Shown here one piece after another: positions 48,434 to 59,547 of a stretch of DNA of 64,000 bases. Location of the stretch: assembly GCA_964387765.1 (NCBI GenBank), contig CAYLXS010000001.1, forward strand, positions 437 to 64,436, in the 5' to 3' direction. Source of the DNA: an uncultured Syntrophaceae bacterium (GTDB lineage: Bacteria > Desulfobacterota > Syntrophia > Syntrophales > UBA2210). The notes under the pieces were generated by a model. The model had not been told where the DNA came from. It was given only the letters and a program-made list of their open reading frames with translations, and made no database searches. The translations under genes and the position numbers were made by a program. Positions within the stretch are counted from its first letter, which is position 1; each line of letters starts with the position of its first letter.

Positions 48434-48757
48434 TTACGAATTCCACTTGCCCGTTGTCTCTTCGGCTTTCGTCTCCTGAATGGCGAGAGAATTCTCGTTC
48501 GGTATCTTTTTTTCCAGTGTCTTAACCTTCTTTTTCAGTTTTGCAACTTCTCTGGAAAGCCTGAATCTCTCTACTATTCCTATGAAACCTGCGAATATTA
48601 TGCCTATGCCAAAGGATATGAAGATCAGCATATAGGCAGCCACGTTGACGTCTATAAAGCTGTAATATGTAAGATGAACAGGATCAGTATTTACCAGCGA
48701 GAAAGTAATGATAAACAGCATGATCAACGTTAAAAGAATTGTATAAAAAAGCTTCAT
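48434..48757 (-). CDS. LapA-family (DUF1049-like) small membrane protein
   Basis: Two TM helices plus a C-terminal coiled coil (REVAKLKKKVKTLEKK). The start is set at ATG 48757, because the longer ORF overlaps the HIT gene. Confidence 0.6.
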   Translation of the reverse strand: MKLFYTILLTLIMLFIITFSLVNTDPVHLTYYSFIDVNVAAYMLIFISFGIGIIFAGFIGIVERFRLSREVAKLKKKVKTLEKKIPNENSLAIQETKAEETTGKWNS

Positions 48758-48758
48758 T

Positions 48759-49241
48759 CTACATTCCCTTTCTTTCTGTAAAATAAGATAATAAAATATT
48801 CCGGGTCTTTGCAATATCCTCCGGAATAACCCTGACCTCTCCCAGTACTGTAGCGAAATTGGTGTCACCCAGCCATCTGGGGACAATATGTATGTGCAGA
48901 TGATCATCAACACCGGCACCTGCTGCCTTCCCAAGATTCATCCCTATGTTGAAACCTTCGGGAGCAAGCGCTTTTTTCAAACCTCTCACACACATAGCGG
49001 TGAGTTCCATCATTTCCATCTTCTCTTCGGCGCTCGTGTCTTCTATATTACATATATGTCTAAAGGGAATCACCAGAAGATGACCGGAGGTATATGGATA
49101 CTTGTTCATCATGATATAACAGGATTTCCCCTCGTACAATACAAGGTCTTCCTCCCTGGCAGACCCCTCGCAAAAAATGCACCCGTCCGGCTTCCTGCCT
49201 TTAATATATTCCATTCTTCCGGGTGCCATTATGCTATCCAT
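48759..49241 (-). CDS. HIT-family nucleotide hydrolase/transferase
   Basis: Histidine triad DDHLHIHIVPR. Confidence 0.85.
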   Translation of the reverse strand: MDSIMAPGRMEYIKGRKPDGCIFCEGSAREEDLVLYEGKSCYIMMNKYPYTSGHLLVIPFRHICNIEDTSAEEKMEMMELTAMCVRGLKKALAPEGFNIGMNLGKAAGAGVDDHLHIHIVPRWLGDTNFATVLGEVRVIPEDIAKTRNILLSYFTERKGM

Positions 49242-49257
49242 TAGTCGATATCCTGTC

Positions 49258-49740
49258 CTAATCTTCCAGATCTATAATTTTCCCTACTATCTCTTTCCCG
49301 ACATCCAGGATCCCCACGGAATTATGTCTCGCGAATCTCTGATCTGTAGGCGAACCGGGATTGAACAGCAATACTCCATTTCTCACTTCATTCATGGCCC
49401 GGTGTGTGTGACCATATACTATACACTCAACATTCTCAAATTCTCTTATCACCTTCTCTTCCAGACCAAATGGAGACCCCCAGCCATGTATCAAGCCTAT
49501 TCTCTGTCCTTCAATCTCAAGTATCTGCTTCCCGGGAAACACCTCCCTTACAGAATCATGGTCCATGTTTCCACTGACGGCATACACCTTTTTGCCTCTG
49601 AAGACATCGAGGACATCCAGTTCGACAATATCACCCGCATGCAGGATCAAGTCAACATCATGAAAATAATCTTTTACGATCTTTTCAAGTCTGCCATCGG
49701 AAATATTAAGATGAGTGTCGGAAATAACGCCTATTTTCAT
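49258..49740 (-). CDS. YfcE/MJ0936-family metallophosphoesterase
   Basis: MKIGVISDTHLN, ..HAGD.., ..GNMD.., ..YGHTH.. motifs. Confidence 0.85.
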   Translation of the reverse strand: MKIGVISDTHLNISDGRLEKIVKDYFHDVDLILHAGDIVELDVLDVFRGKKVYAVSGNMDHDSVREVFPGKQILEIEGQRIGLIHGWGSPFGLEEKVIREFENVECIVYGHTHRAMNEVRNGVLLFNPGSPTDQRFARHNSVGILDVGKEIVGKIIDLED

Positions 49741-49808
49741 AATCAGTAACAGCGAATTTTCTATTATATCTATAATAAAAAGACAAGTGTTATTTTACAG
49801 TTTTTGGT

Positions 49809-49837
49809 TTGACATTTTACCGGTATATAGCTAATAT
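49809..49837 (+). promoter_or_regulatory. Near-consensus sigma70 promoter for the small ORF-ligA unit
   Basis: TTGACA (49809-49814), a 17-nt spacer, then TAATAT (49832-49837). Confidence 0.55.
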
Positions 49838-49868
49838 TCTCGTAAAATCTATTGCTGAAAGTTCGATA

Positions 49869-52506
<2,638 letters not shown>

Positions 52507-52608
52507 GAAGGGGTGGCAGGTCTGCATAAAATTTGTTGACACGCAGCATCCATTCCCCTATAGTCTTTGAGAAATTACAACATCATCAAACAAAAAGGGG
52601 GGTCTAAA

Positions 52609-53139
52609 ATGAAGAAGATATTTTTTGTGGTTTTATTGGTGTTATTATGGACAGTTTCAGGCGCGATCGCAGGCGATTTAAAGGTAGGAGACAAGGCTTC
52701 AGACTGGTCACTAACGGACGCGGATGGTGCGGCGTATACTATGCAAAGCTGGGCCGGTAAAGTGCTTCTGATTAATTATAACGACCCGGACGAAGCCGAC
52801 ATAAACGAGCATTTTACCGATGCAATGAAAAAGGCAAAAGATGACGGACTACTTACAGATGCAGACTACAAAGGGATAGGGATTGCCGACTGCAAGGCGT
52901 CATGGAAACCGGACGCACTTATTAAGATAATTGGCGGCAAGAAAGCAACGAAGTACAATACCGTTATCCTTTTTGATTATGATGCATCATTGAGGAATGC
53001 TTGGGACCTCAAGGAAGACAGCGCAAACGCGATACTTCTCGACAAAAATGGGGTGTGCCGTTCCATCGTGCGTGGTCCCGTGCCGGACGATAAGGTCGCG
53101 GTCATCGTACAGCTGGCCATTGATCTCCAGAACGAGTAA
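52609..53139 (+). CDS. Secreted thioredoxin-fold (YtfJ/AhpC-TSA-like) protein without CxxC
   Basis: A signal peptide with a GGGGGG RBS before ATG 52609. The family assignment is tentative. Confidence 0.5.
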   Translation: MKKIFFVVLLVLLWTVSGAIAGDLKVGDKASDWSLTDADGAAYTMQSWAGKVLLINYNDPDEADINEHFTDAMKKAKDDGLLTDADYKGIGIADCKASWKPDALIKIIGGKKATKYNTVILFDYDASLRNAWDLKEDSANAILLDKNGVCRSIVRGPVPDDKVAVIVQLAIDLQNE

Positions 53140-53169
53140 ATATTCACGGGTATTACAAATACAAAAAAA

Positions 53170-53198
53170 GCGTCTCCCGATTGAAGGGGGCGCTTTTT
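53170..53198 (+). terminator. Rho-independent terminator (bidirectional-looking)
   Basis: A GCGTCTCCC/GGGGGCGC stem with a 7-nt loop and one bulge. It is followed by TTTTT and preceded by AAAAAAA. Confidence 0.65.
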
Positions 53199-53281
53199 AC
53201 TTTAATCGAGTAAACCTTTCATCTTGACAAACAGGGTCACCTGTTATTATGTCCCTTAGAAAAAACATCCGGATGCAAATT

Positions 53282-53764
53282 ATGAAGATCAAATTTTTCA
53301 CAGTCGGAGGCACAATAGACAAAGTGTATTTCGACAGGAAAAATGACTATCAGATAGGAGATTCCCGTCTATTCGAGATATTGAAGGAAGTAAATGTCGG
53401 TTTCGAATACGAATGCGAATCCATCCTAAGAAAAGACAGCCTGGACATCACCGATGAGGAACGTCAGATAATCCTTGGCAGGGTAGCAGAAGAAAAATGC
53501 CGGCATATCGTGATAACGCATGGAACCGATACCATGGTGCAAACCGCGGAAATACTGCGATCAATACCGAATAAAGTGATAGTTATTACCGGCTCGATGG
53601 AACCGGCAAGATTCAGATCGAGTGACGCGGAATTTAATATCGGAAGCGCTATAGCCGCGGTTCAATTGTTGCCACCGGGTGTATATGTCGCGATGAACGG
53701 ACGTATTTTTGATTCCGGGAGGGTTAGAAAAAACGTTGAACTCGGTCAGTTTGAAGATATCTGA
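53282..53764 (+). CDS. Short asparaginase-domain protein
   Basis: TVGGTIDK and HGTDTM motifs of the asparaginase N-domain. About 160 aa. Confidence 0.75.
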   Translation: MKIKFFTVGGTIDKVYFDRKNDYQIGDSRLFEILKEVNVGFEYECESILRKDSLDITDEERQIILGRVAEEKCRHIVITHGTDTMVQTAEILRSIPNKVIVITGSMEPARFRSSDAEFNIGSAIAAVQLLPPGVYVAMNGRIFDSGRVRKNVELGQFEDI

Positions 53765-53785
53765 TCAGTATCAAGGCCCTTACCC

Positions 53786-54604
53786 TTATTCCAGGAAACT
53801 GAGCCGTCCGTCCGCAATCTCGATTTGCATAAGGTCCTCGGCACAGACAAGCTTGCCGCCATATGTTTTTCGACATTGTGCCTCTATATCAACCCCTTCG
53901 CAATCAGGGTAAAAATGCGTGAGGACGAGGTTCTTTACGCGGGCCTCGGAGGCAATCCTGCCCGCGAGCGAGGGAGTCAGATGACCGTCAACCTTCAGCT
54001 CATCCGGAAATGCGGACTCACATATAAGCAAATCGGCATCCATGGCAATCTTTACCACGTTTTCACAGTAATCGGTATCCCCTGTATAGACAACGGATAT
54101 ATTGTCAGGCGTCGTCACGCGGTAACCAATGCTACTTTCTATATGCGCCATGGGAAGGGTGCTTACGGCCGCAAAATTGAGCTGCATGGAATCCGGCTCT
54201 GAATTGCTCATCTCAACAATATTAATAATTCCCTCTTCCAGCTCAATCCACCGTCCATACACATCTCTCAACCCTTCATAAAAATCCATAAATCCCGAGG
54301 CGGCTGTAATCCTGATCCTGTCATGCCTCCGGCTCGCCTCAGGGTATTTGCTCGCGAAGAGAAAATTGACCAGTTCCCCGGTATGATCAGGATGAAGGTG
54401 ACTGAAGAAGAGATAAGACACCTCTCCTATCGTGACGCCCATTTCGAGTAGACGCCTCATAGTACCAGTGCCCATGTCAAATACGATTTTAGCTCTGCCC
54501 ATCTCCATAAGCACAGAGCAGGAACTGCGCGAAAGAGAGGGGACACATGTCCCCGACCCAAGTATGGTAATCTTTATTGCTTCCATATTAGCTGTCCAAT
54601 CCAT
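53786..54604 (-). CDS. MBL-fold metallo-hydrolase (RNase Z-like)
   Basis: HLHPDH motif and downstream His/Asp ligand positions. Confidence 0.8.
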   Translation of the reverse strand: MDWTANMEAIKITILGSGTCVPSLSRSSCSVLMEMGRAKIVFDMGTGTMRRLLEMGVTIGEVSYLFFSHLHPDHTGELVNFLFASKYPEASRRHDRIRITAASGFMDFYEGLRDVYGRWIELEEGIINIVEMSNSEPDSMQLNFAAVSTLPMAHIESSIGYRVTTPDNISVVYTGDTDYCENVVKIAMDADLLICESAFPDELKVDGHLTPSLAGRIASEARVKNLVLTHFYPDCEGVDIEAQCRKTYGGKLVCAEDLMQIEIADGRLSFLE

Positions 54605-54636
54605 GATTCCGTTGATTTATGCATCAACAGAATCAT

Positions 54637-54975
54637 TTAGATCCGTCCATAATCATCCTCAACCCGTTCGATATCGTCTTCACCAAAGTAATCGCCAGTC
54701 TGGACTTCTATAAACTGTACAGGCCCTGTCCCGGAATTTGTCATACGATGCAACATACCCCTGGGAATATCCACCGATTGTCCTCTTTTTACATGCAGAT
54801 CTTCACTACCGATGGTGACAATGCCCTCCCCGCCCAGCAGATACCAGTGTTCATCACGATGGCGGTGTCTCTGTAAACTCAGCCGCTTGCCGGAATAGAC
54901 AACTATCCTCTTAACCTTGTGATCCGTTTCATCAGAAAGTACCTCATAATATCCCCATGGCCGGTATTCTTTCAT
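54637..54975 (-). CDS. Cupin-domain protein (mannose-6-phosphate isomerase type II C-terminal-like)
   Basis: RPWGYYEVL..LSLQRHRHRDEHW.. cupin motifs. Confidence 0.8.
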   Translation of the reverse strand: MKEYRPWGYYEVLSDETDHKVKRIVVYSGKRLSLQRHRHRDEHWYLLGGEGIVTIGSEDLHVKRGQSVDIPRGMLHRMTNSGTGPVQFIEVQTGDYFGEDDIERVEDDYGRI

Positions 54976-54995
54976 TTAACCCTCCGGACGCCCCC

Positions 54996-56183
54996 TTAAT
55001 TCTTTTTGTACTTTTTCATGACTGCCTCAAACCCATCCATCGAGTTTATAATCGTGGAATCGTCAACGCAGTAAGAAATACGAATATGTCCGGGGCCTCC
55101 GAATCCGCTCCCGGGGACAACAAGGATATTTTTCTCCTGCAGTGCACGGACAAATTCCACATCATCGTCTATCGGCGTTCTGGGAAAGAGATAGAAGGCA
55201 CCGTCAGGCTTCTTAAACTCGAATCCGGTTTTCCACAGACCGTCACACAGCAGGTCTCGCTTCCTTCTGTAATGCTCGACATCGACATATATCCCCTGCA
55301 TTCGCTCTATGATTCTCTGTATAAATGCCGGGGCGTTCACAAACCCGAGTATCCTGTTGCACAGGGCAATCCCCTCGATAAGCTTGTCAACATCCGATAT
55401 CCCGGGATTTAGAGCTATATAGCCGATCCTTTCACCCGGAATGGACAGACTCTTTGAATATGATGTGACTATTATGCTGCTTTTGCAGGCACCAAAAATG
55501 CCGGGAACTTTTATTCCATCGTAAACTATCGCGCTGTAAGGCTCATCGGAAACAAGATATATATCTTTATCATATTCCCTTTCCTTTTCCTCGATAAGCA
55601 GCGAAAGGCCCTTTATGGATTCCTTGTCATACACCTTTCCGGTGGGATTATTCGGAGAATTGATTAAAATTACCTTTGTTTTCTCTGTCACCGCCATCTC
55701 AATGGCATCCAGATTCAGGGAAAAATCCTCATTTGTCTCCACAAATACAGGAACGCCGCCATGGTTATCCACATAAAAGGTGTATTCGGCAAAAAACGGC
55801 TTCAGTATGATAACCTCTTCCCCTGGATCAAGAAGCGTTTTAAATACAACATTCAGCCCTCCTCCCGCTCCGCAGGTCATAATAACATGTTCCGGAGACA
55901 GGGCCACCGAATGTTTATCGGAAAGATGTCCCGCTACCGCAGCCCTGGTCTGAACGTAACCGACATTCTGCATGTACTTGTGGGCGCCCGGCACGTTCTC
56001 CTCCGCAATCTCCACTAGCAGTTCTCTGAACCTGTCGGGAGGGGCAACATTGGGATTTCCGAGACTGAAGTCGAACACGTTTTCCGCGCCATATTCGTCC
56101 TTCAGCTTTATTCCATCCTCAAACATCCTCCTTATCCAGGAAGACTTCGACATAAAACCTTCGACTTTTCGCGAGATTGTCAT
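54996..56183 (-). CDS. PLP-dependent class I/II aminotransferase (aspartate/alanine type)
   Basis: SYSKSLSIPGERIGY PLP-lysine region, 395 aa. Confidence 0.9.
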   Translation of the reverse strand: MTISRKVEGFMSKSSWIRRMFEDGIKLKDEYGAENVFDFSLGNPNVAPPDRFRELLVEIAEENVPGAHKYMQNVGYVQTRAAVAGHLSDKHSVALSPEHVIMTCGAGGGLNVVFKTLLDPGEEVIILKPFFAEYTFYVDNHGGVPVFVETNEDFSLNLDAIEMAVTEKTKVILINSPNNPTGKVYDKESIKGLSLLIEEKEREYDKDIYLVSDEPYSAIVYDGIKVPGIFGACKSSIIVTSYSKSLSIPGERIGYIALNPGISDVDKLIEGIALCNRILGFVNAPAFIQRIIERMQGIYVDVEHYRRKRDLLCDGLWKTGFEFKKPDGAFYLFPRTPIDDDVEFVRALQEKNILVVPGSGFGGPGHIRISYCVDDSTIINSMDGFEAVMKKYKKN

Positions 56184-56367
56184 GATTGTTAAACTCCTGT
56201 GATGCTGATTTGTGAAACCGGGTTACACTGTTTTTGTAATACATTTTTACTGAAACCACAAGACGAGACACTGATATTATACAGAGGTATTAATGGGCCG
56301 CATTATTTGCGGTATGCAGGCAAAATTGATATATGAAACGGCAGACATATAAATAAGGAGAAGATTT

Positions 56368-56640
56368 GTGGATATTAAAGCCCTCTCTGTTGTATTTTCT
56401 GCTGTCTTTATAGCAGAACTCGGCGACAAAACACAACTGGCCACCATGCTCTTCGCGACGGACAAGGGCGTGAGCAAACTAACCGTGTTTCTGGGTGCGT
56501 CTCTGGCCCTCATCGTCGCATCGGCAATCGGTGTCCTTGCAGGTAGTTTTATTTCCGATTATATCAGCGAGAAATATCTCTCCGTGATTGCAGGCATCGG
56601 TTTTATCGCTATTGGCGCTCTGACTATTTTCAGGGCATGA
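56368..56640 (+). CDS. UPF0016/GDT1-family half-size cation transporter
   Basis: ELGDKTQ motif, three TM helices, and a GTG start after AAGGAGAAG. Confidence 0.8.
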   Translation: MDIKALSVVFSAVFIAELGDKTQLATMLFATDKGVSKLTVFLGASLALIVASAIGVLAGSFISDYISEKYLSVIAGIGFIAIGALTIFRA

Positions 56641-56727
56641 AGCAGACGTTTTATGATATAGGCATGGCAGCAATATTTCATTTTTTATTCAGCAACACTC
56701 ACTCTTAACGAGGCAAGCGGTCATTAT

Positions 56728-57759
56728 ATGGAATTTTTTCGCTGGCTATGGGACGCGACTGTCCTTCACAATCTGATGACGGGGGCTCCTGCCCTTCTTC
56801 TCCTGCTCTTAATCGTCATCTGCATAGCGCTCCTGTCCAAGGGCGCGAACTGGATGATAGACGGCGTTGTCGCGCTGGCAGAACGAACCGGCCTTTCCAA
56901 GATCATAATCGGCGCGACCATTATCTCTCTCGGTACCACAATGCCTGAGGCGTTCGTGTCCGTGATGGCGGCATGGATGGGAAATCCTGGACTCGCCCTT
57001 GGAAATGGCGTCGGTTCCATAATCGCCGACACCGGTCTGATCTTCGGTCTTGCCTGCATACTGGCTCCGATTCCGGTCAATCGCTTCATCCTTAACAGGA
57101 CAGGCTGGGTGCAGGTGGGAGTTGCCACGCTGCTGGTCATTATTTCTATCCACGCTTTCGTTTCAATGTCCGGCCACCCCGTGCTGAATAGATGGGTGGG
57201 AATCTTTTTCCTGATACTCCTTGCGGGTTATATGTACCTGACCTATAGATGGTCCAGACAGGACACAGGCTCAAATGAAGAGAATCACAGCGATGCTGGG
57301 ATCACGAATACTGGCAGATGTTGGGTAATGGTTGTGGGGGGATTGTTTATGGTCGTCGCCGGGGCGCGTATACTCGTTCCCGCGGCAGCGGAAATCGCGC
57401 TGCGGATCGGTGTCCCCGATGATGTCATAGCCGCCACCATGGTGGCCTTCGGCACTTCACTGCCGGAACTCGTGACCGCCCTTGCATCCATCCGGAAGGG
57501 TCACCTGGATATCATTGTCGGAAATATTATTGGGGCCGACGTACTCAACTGTCTCTTTGTCATAGGGGCCGCGGCAGCTGTAAGGCCACTGTACATACCG
57601 CCAAACTTTTTCATCTTTCACTTTCCCGTCATGCTCATTATCCTCTACTCATTCAGGACGTTCATCTTTATGAACAGAGACGGGGGATTCAGGAAGTGGC
57701 AGGGGGCATGGCTGCTGGGTATCTACCTGATCTACGTGATACTTCAGTATACAAGCTGA
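56728..57759 (+). CDS. Ca2+/cation antiporter (CaCA/YrbG family)
   Basis: Alpha-repeat motifs GTTMPE and GTSLPE. Confidence 0.9.
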   Translation: MEFFRWLWDATVLHNLMTGAPALLLLLLIVICIALLSKGANWMIDGVVALAERTGLSKIIIGATIISLGTTMPEAFVSVMAAWMGNPGLALGNGVGSIIADTGLIFGLACILAPIPVNRFILNRTGWVQVGVATLLVIISIHAFVSMSGHPVLNRWVGIFFLILLAGYMYLTYRWSRQDTGSNEENHSDAGITNTGRCWVMVVGGLFMVVAGARILVPAAAEIALRIGVPDDVIAATMVAFGTSLPELVTALASIRKGHLDIIVGNIIGADVLNCLFVIGAAAAVRPLYIPPNFFIFHFPVMLIILYSFRTFIFMNRDGGFRKWQGAWLLGIYLIYVILQYTS

Positions 57760-57772
57760 GGGCTGAAGATTC

Positions 57773-57807
57773 TTGTTGGGTTTCGTGCCTCAACCCAACC
57801 TACATCT
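57773..57807. repeat. REP-like hairpin element, copy C
   Basis: TTGTTGGGTTTCGTGCCTCAACCCAACCTACATCT, between the convergent antiporter and nnr genes. Confidence 0.8.
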
Positions 57808-57856
57808 AAACCTGCTAATAATATCCGAGTTTCCAGTTTCCCTCGACCCCTTTAAC

Positions 57857-59431
57857 TTATATTACAATTGCTCCCTCATATTTCTCGAGAAGTTTATTAT
57901 CCAGGCCCTCACGATCCATCTTTACAGCGAGAGGAAGATAATCCATAATATCCTGAGCTGTCATGCCGTCTTCGCCTTCATACTCCGCGGCGAGGTCGCC
58001 GGCAAATCCATGCATGAATACACCCTTTCTGACTGCGTCCCCGATGGGCAGCCCCAGTCCGAACATGGCGGCAATTATGCCGGTGAGCACATCACCCGAC
58101 CCGGCCGTTGCCATCCCCGGATTTCCACTGAGATTTATAAAAATCCTTCCATCGGGGTATCCTGTAAGTGAGTGAGCGCCCTTCATCACAATGATCGCGT
58201 TCAGGTCACGGGCGGCGTTCTGCAGTATGCTTATCCTGTCTGCCTGTATCTCTTTCACATCGACGCCTGTAATTCTGGACATCTCGCCGAGGTGGGGCGT
58301 CAGGATAGTAGGCGCCGTTCTTTCTCTGACAATTTGAAGATCCGCGCACATAGCGGTAATTCCATCACCGTCTATCAGCAAAGGCTTTGTGATCCCGCGG
58401 GCAAGTTCTCTCACTAACATCTGCGTTTCTTCATCAAGCGACAGACCCGGCCCCAGCACAACCATATCCATCTTCTCTGATAGTTTCAGCAGATCATCTT
58501 TATTTTTAGAAGCGATACTGCCGGAAATTGTCTCTTCCTGAGGGATAAAGACAATCTCACTTCCCTTACCAGCTATGAAAGGGATGACAGACCGCGGAGA
58601 TGCCAGTCGCGAATATCCGCCCCCGGCCTTCATGAATGAAAAGGCCGCGAAATAAGGAGCTCCAAAATAACCGGCGGCGCCCGCAATAAAGAGTGCATTG
58701 CCAAAATCTCCCTTGTGGGCGTCCACTTTTCTCGGTGGAATATCAGAAGGATGGTTGATTTCTACCTTTATGGAATCATCATTGTAGTGTGAAGGGGGAA
58801 ACGAAATATGGGTCACGTACAGCTTTCCGCACAGATCATATCCCGGAAAGAGCATATTCCCCGCCTTGGGCAGTCCGAATGTAACGGTGTAATCCGCCTT
58901 CACCGCTGCACCCATAATCATTCCCGTGTCGCCGTTGACACCCGATGGTATGTCAACACTGAAGACCGGTTTCCCGCTGTTATTTATCATTTCTATAACA
59001 TCCCGGTACAATCCCTCGACATCGCGCGCAAGGCCTGTCCCGAAAATTGCATCTACAATTCCATCGGAATCGAGCAGATATGCCTTCACGGAGTCCGCAT
59101 CGACAATCTCTCTGATCTCTATTGGAAGCTTTTTGATAATATTAAAGTTCATCCTCGCGGAATCCGCGAACCGGTCCGGATTACCAACAATCAGGACCTT
59201 CACATCTCCGCCGTTTGAGTGCAGTTTTCTCGCGACAACACACCCGTCACCACCGTTGTTCCCTACGCCACAGAAGACAGCGAATCTTCTTCCGGCAACA
59301 CCGATCTCGCTCTGAATGGCATCGCATACAGCAAACCCCGCGTTTTCCATCAGCAGCTTGTCTTCTATTCCAAACTTCTCTATGGCTGTCCTGTCCAGAC
59401 CCCTCATTTGTGCTACGCTGCTTATCTTCAT
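57857..59431 (-). CDS. nnr: Bifunctional NAD(P)H-hydrate repair enzyme (epimerase/dehydratase)
   Basis: YjeF N-terminal (GVGNNGGDG) and C-terminal (GDVLTG) motifs, 524 aa. Confidence 0.9.
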   Translation of the reverse strand: MKISSVAQMRGLDRTAIEKFGIEDKLLMENAGFAVCDAIQSEIGVAGRRFAVFCGVGNNGGDGCVVARKLHSNGGDVKVLIVGNPDRFADSARMNFNIIKKLPIEIREIVDADSVKAYLLDSDGIVDAIFGTGLARDVEGLYRDVIEMINNSGKPVFSVDIPSGVNGDTGMIMGAAVKADYTVTFGLPKAGNMLFPGYDLCGKLYVTHISFPPSHYNDDSIKVEINHPSDIPPRKVDAHKGDFGNALFIAGAAGYFGAPYFAAFSFMKAGGGYSRLASPRSVIPFIAGKGSEIVFIPQEETISGSIASKNKDDLLKLSEKMDMVVLGPGLSLDEETQMLVRELARGITKPLLIDGDGITAMCADLQIVRERTAPTILTPHLGEMSRITGVDVKEIQADRISILQNAARDLNAIIVMKGAHSLTGYPDGRIFINLSGNPGMATAGSGDVLTGIIAAMFGLGLPIGDAVRKGVFMHGFAGDLAAEYEGEDGMTAQDIMDYLPLAVKMDREGLDNKLLEKYEGAIVI

Positions 59432-59547
59432 TTCCTGTTCCTCTGCCTGGTTTAGTTCAAGAATTTATTTGACATTATAACAGGATACGTATACTCCATC
59501 TGATTCGCGTCTGCAATAGACTAAAATTTCACTGTCAGGTTTTTTCC

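Noticed and set aside
48434-48934. 166-aa version of the LapA-like ORF
   Set aside because: The N-terminal 59 codons overlap the HIT gene in another frame. The membrane protein starts at MKLFYT (48757).
56184-56367. Possible yybP-ykoY (Mn2+) riboswitch upstream of the UPF0016/GDT1 gene
   Set aside because: This gene family is often riboswitch-controlled. However, the leader lacks the conserved GGGGAGUAG and UUGACAUA/AGACC boxes I would expect, so only the context supports it.
57773-58171. 132-aa plus-strand ORF starting MLGFVPQPNL
   Set aside because: It starts inside REP copy C and runs antisense to nnr, so it is a translation artefact of the repeat.
59469-59495. Promoter TTGACA...TATACT upstream of the MMPL gene
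   Set aside because: The hexamers are good, but the spacer is only 15 nt, outside the usual 16-18 range, so I did not list it as a feature.
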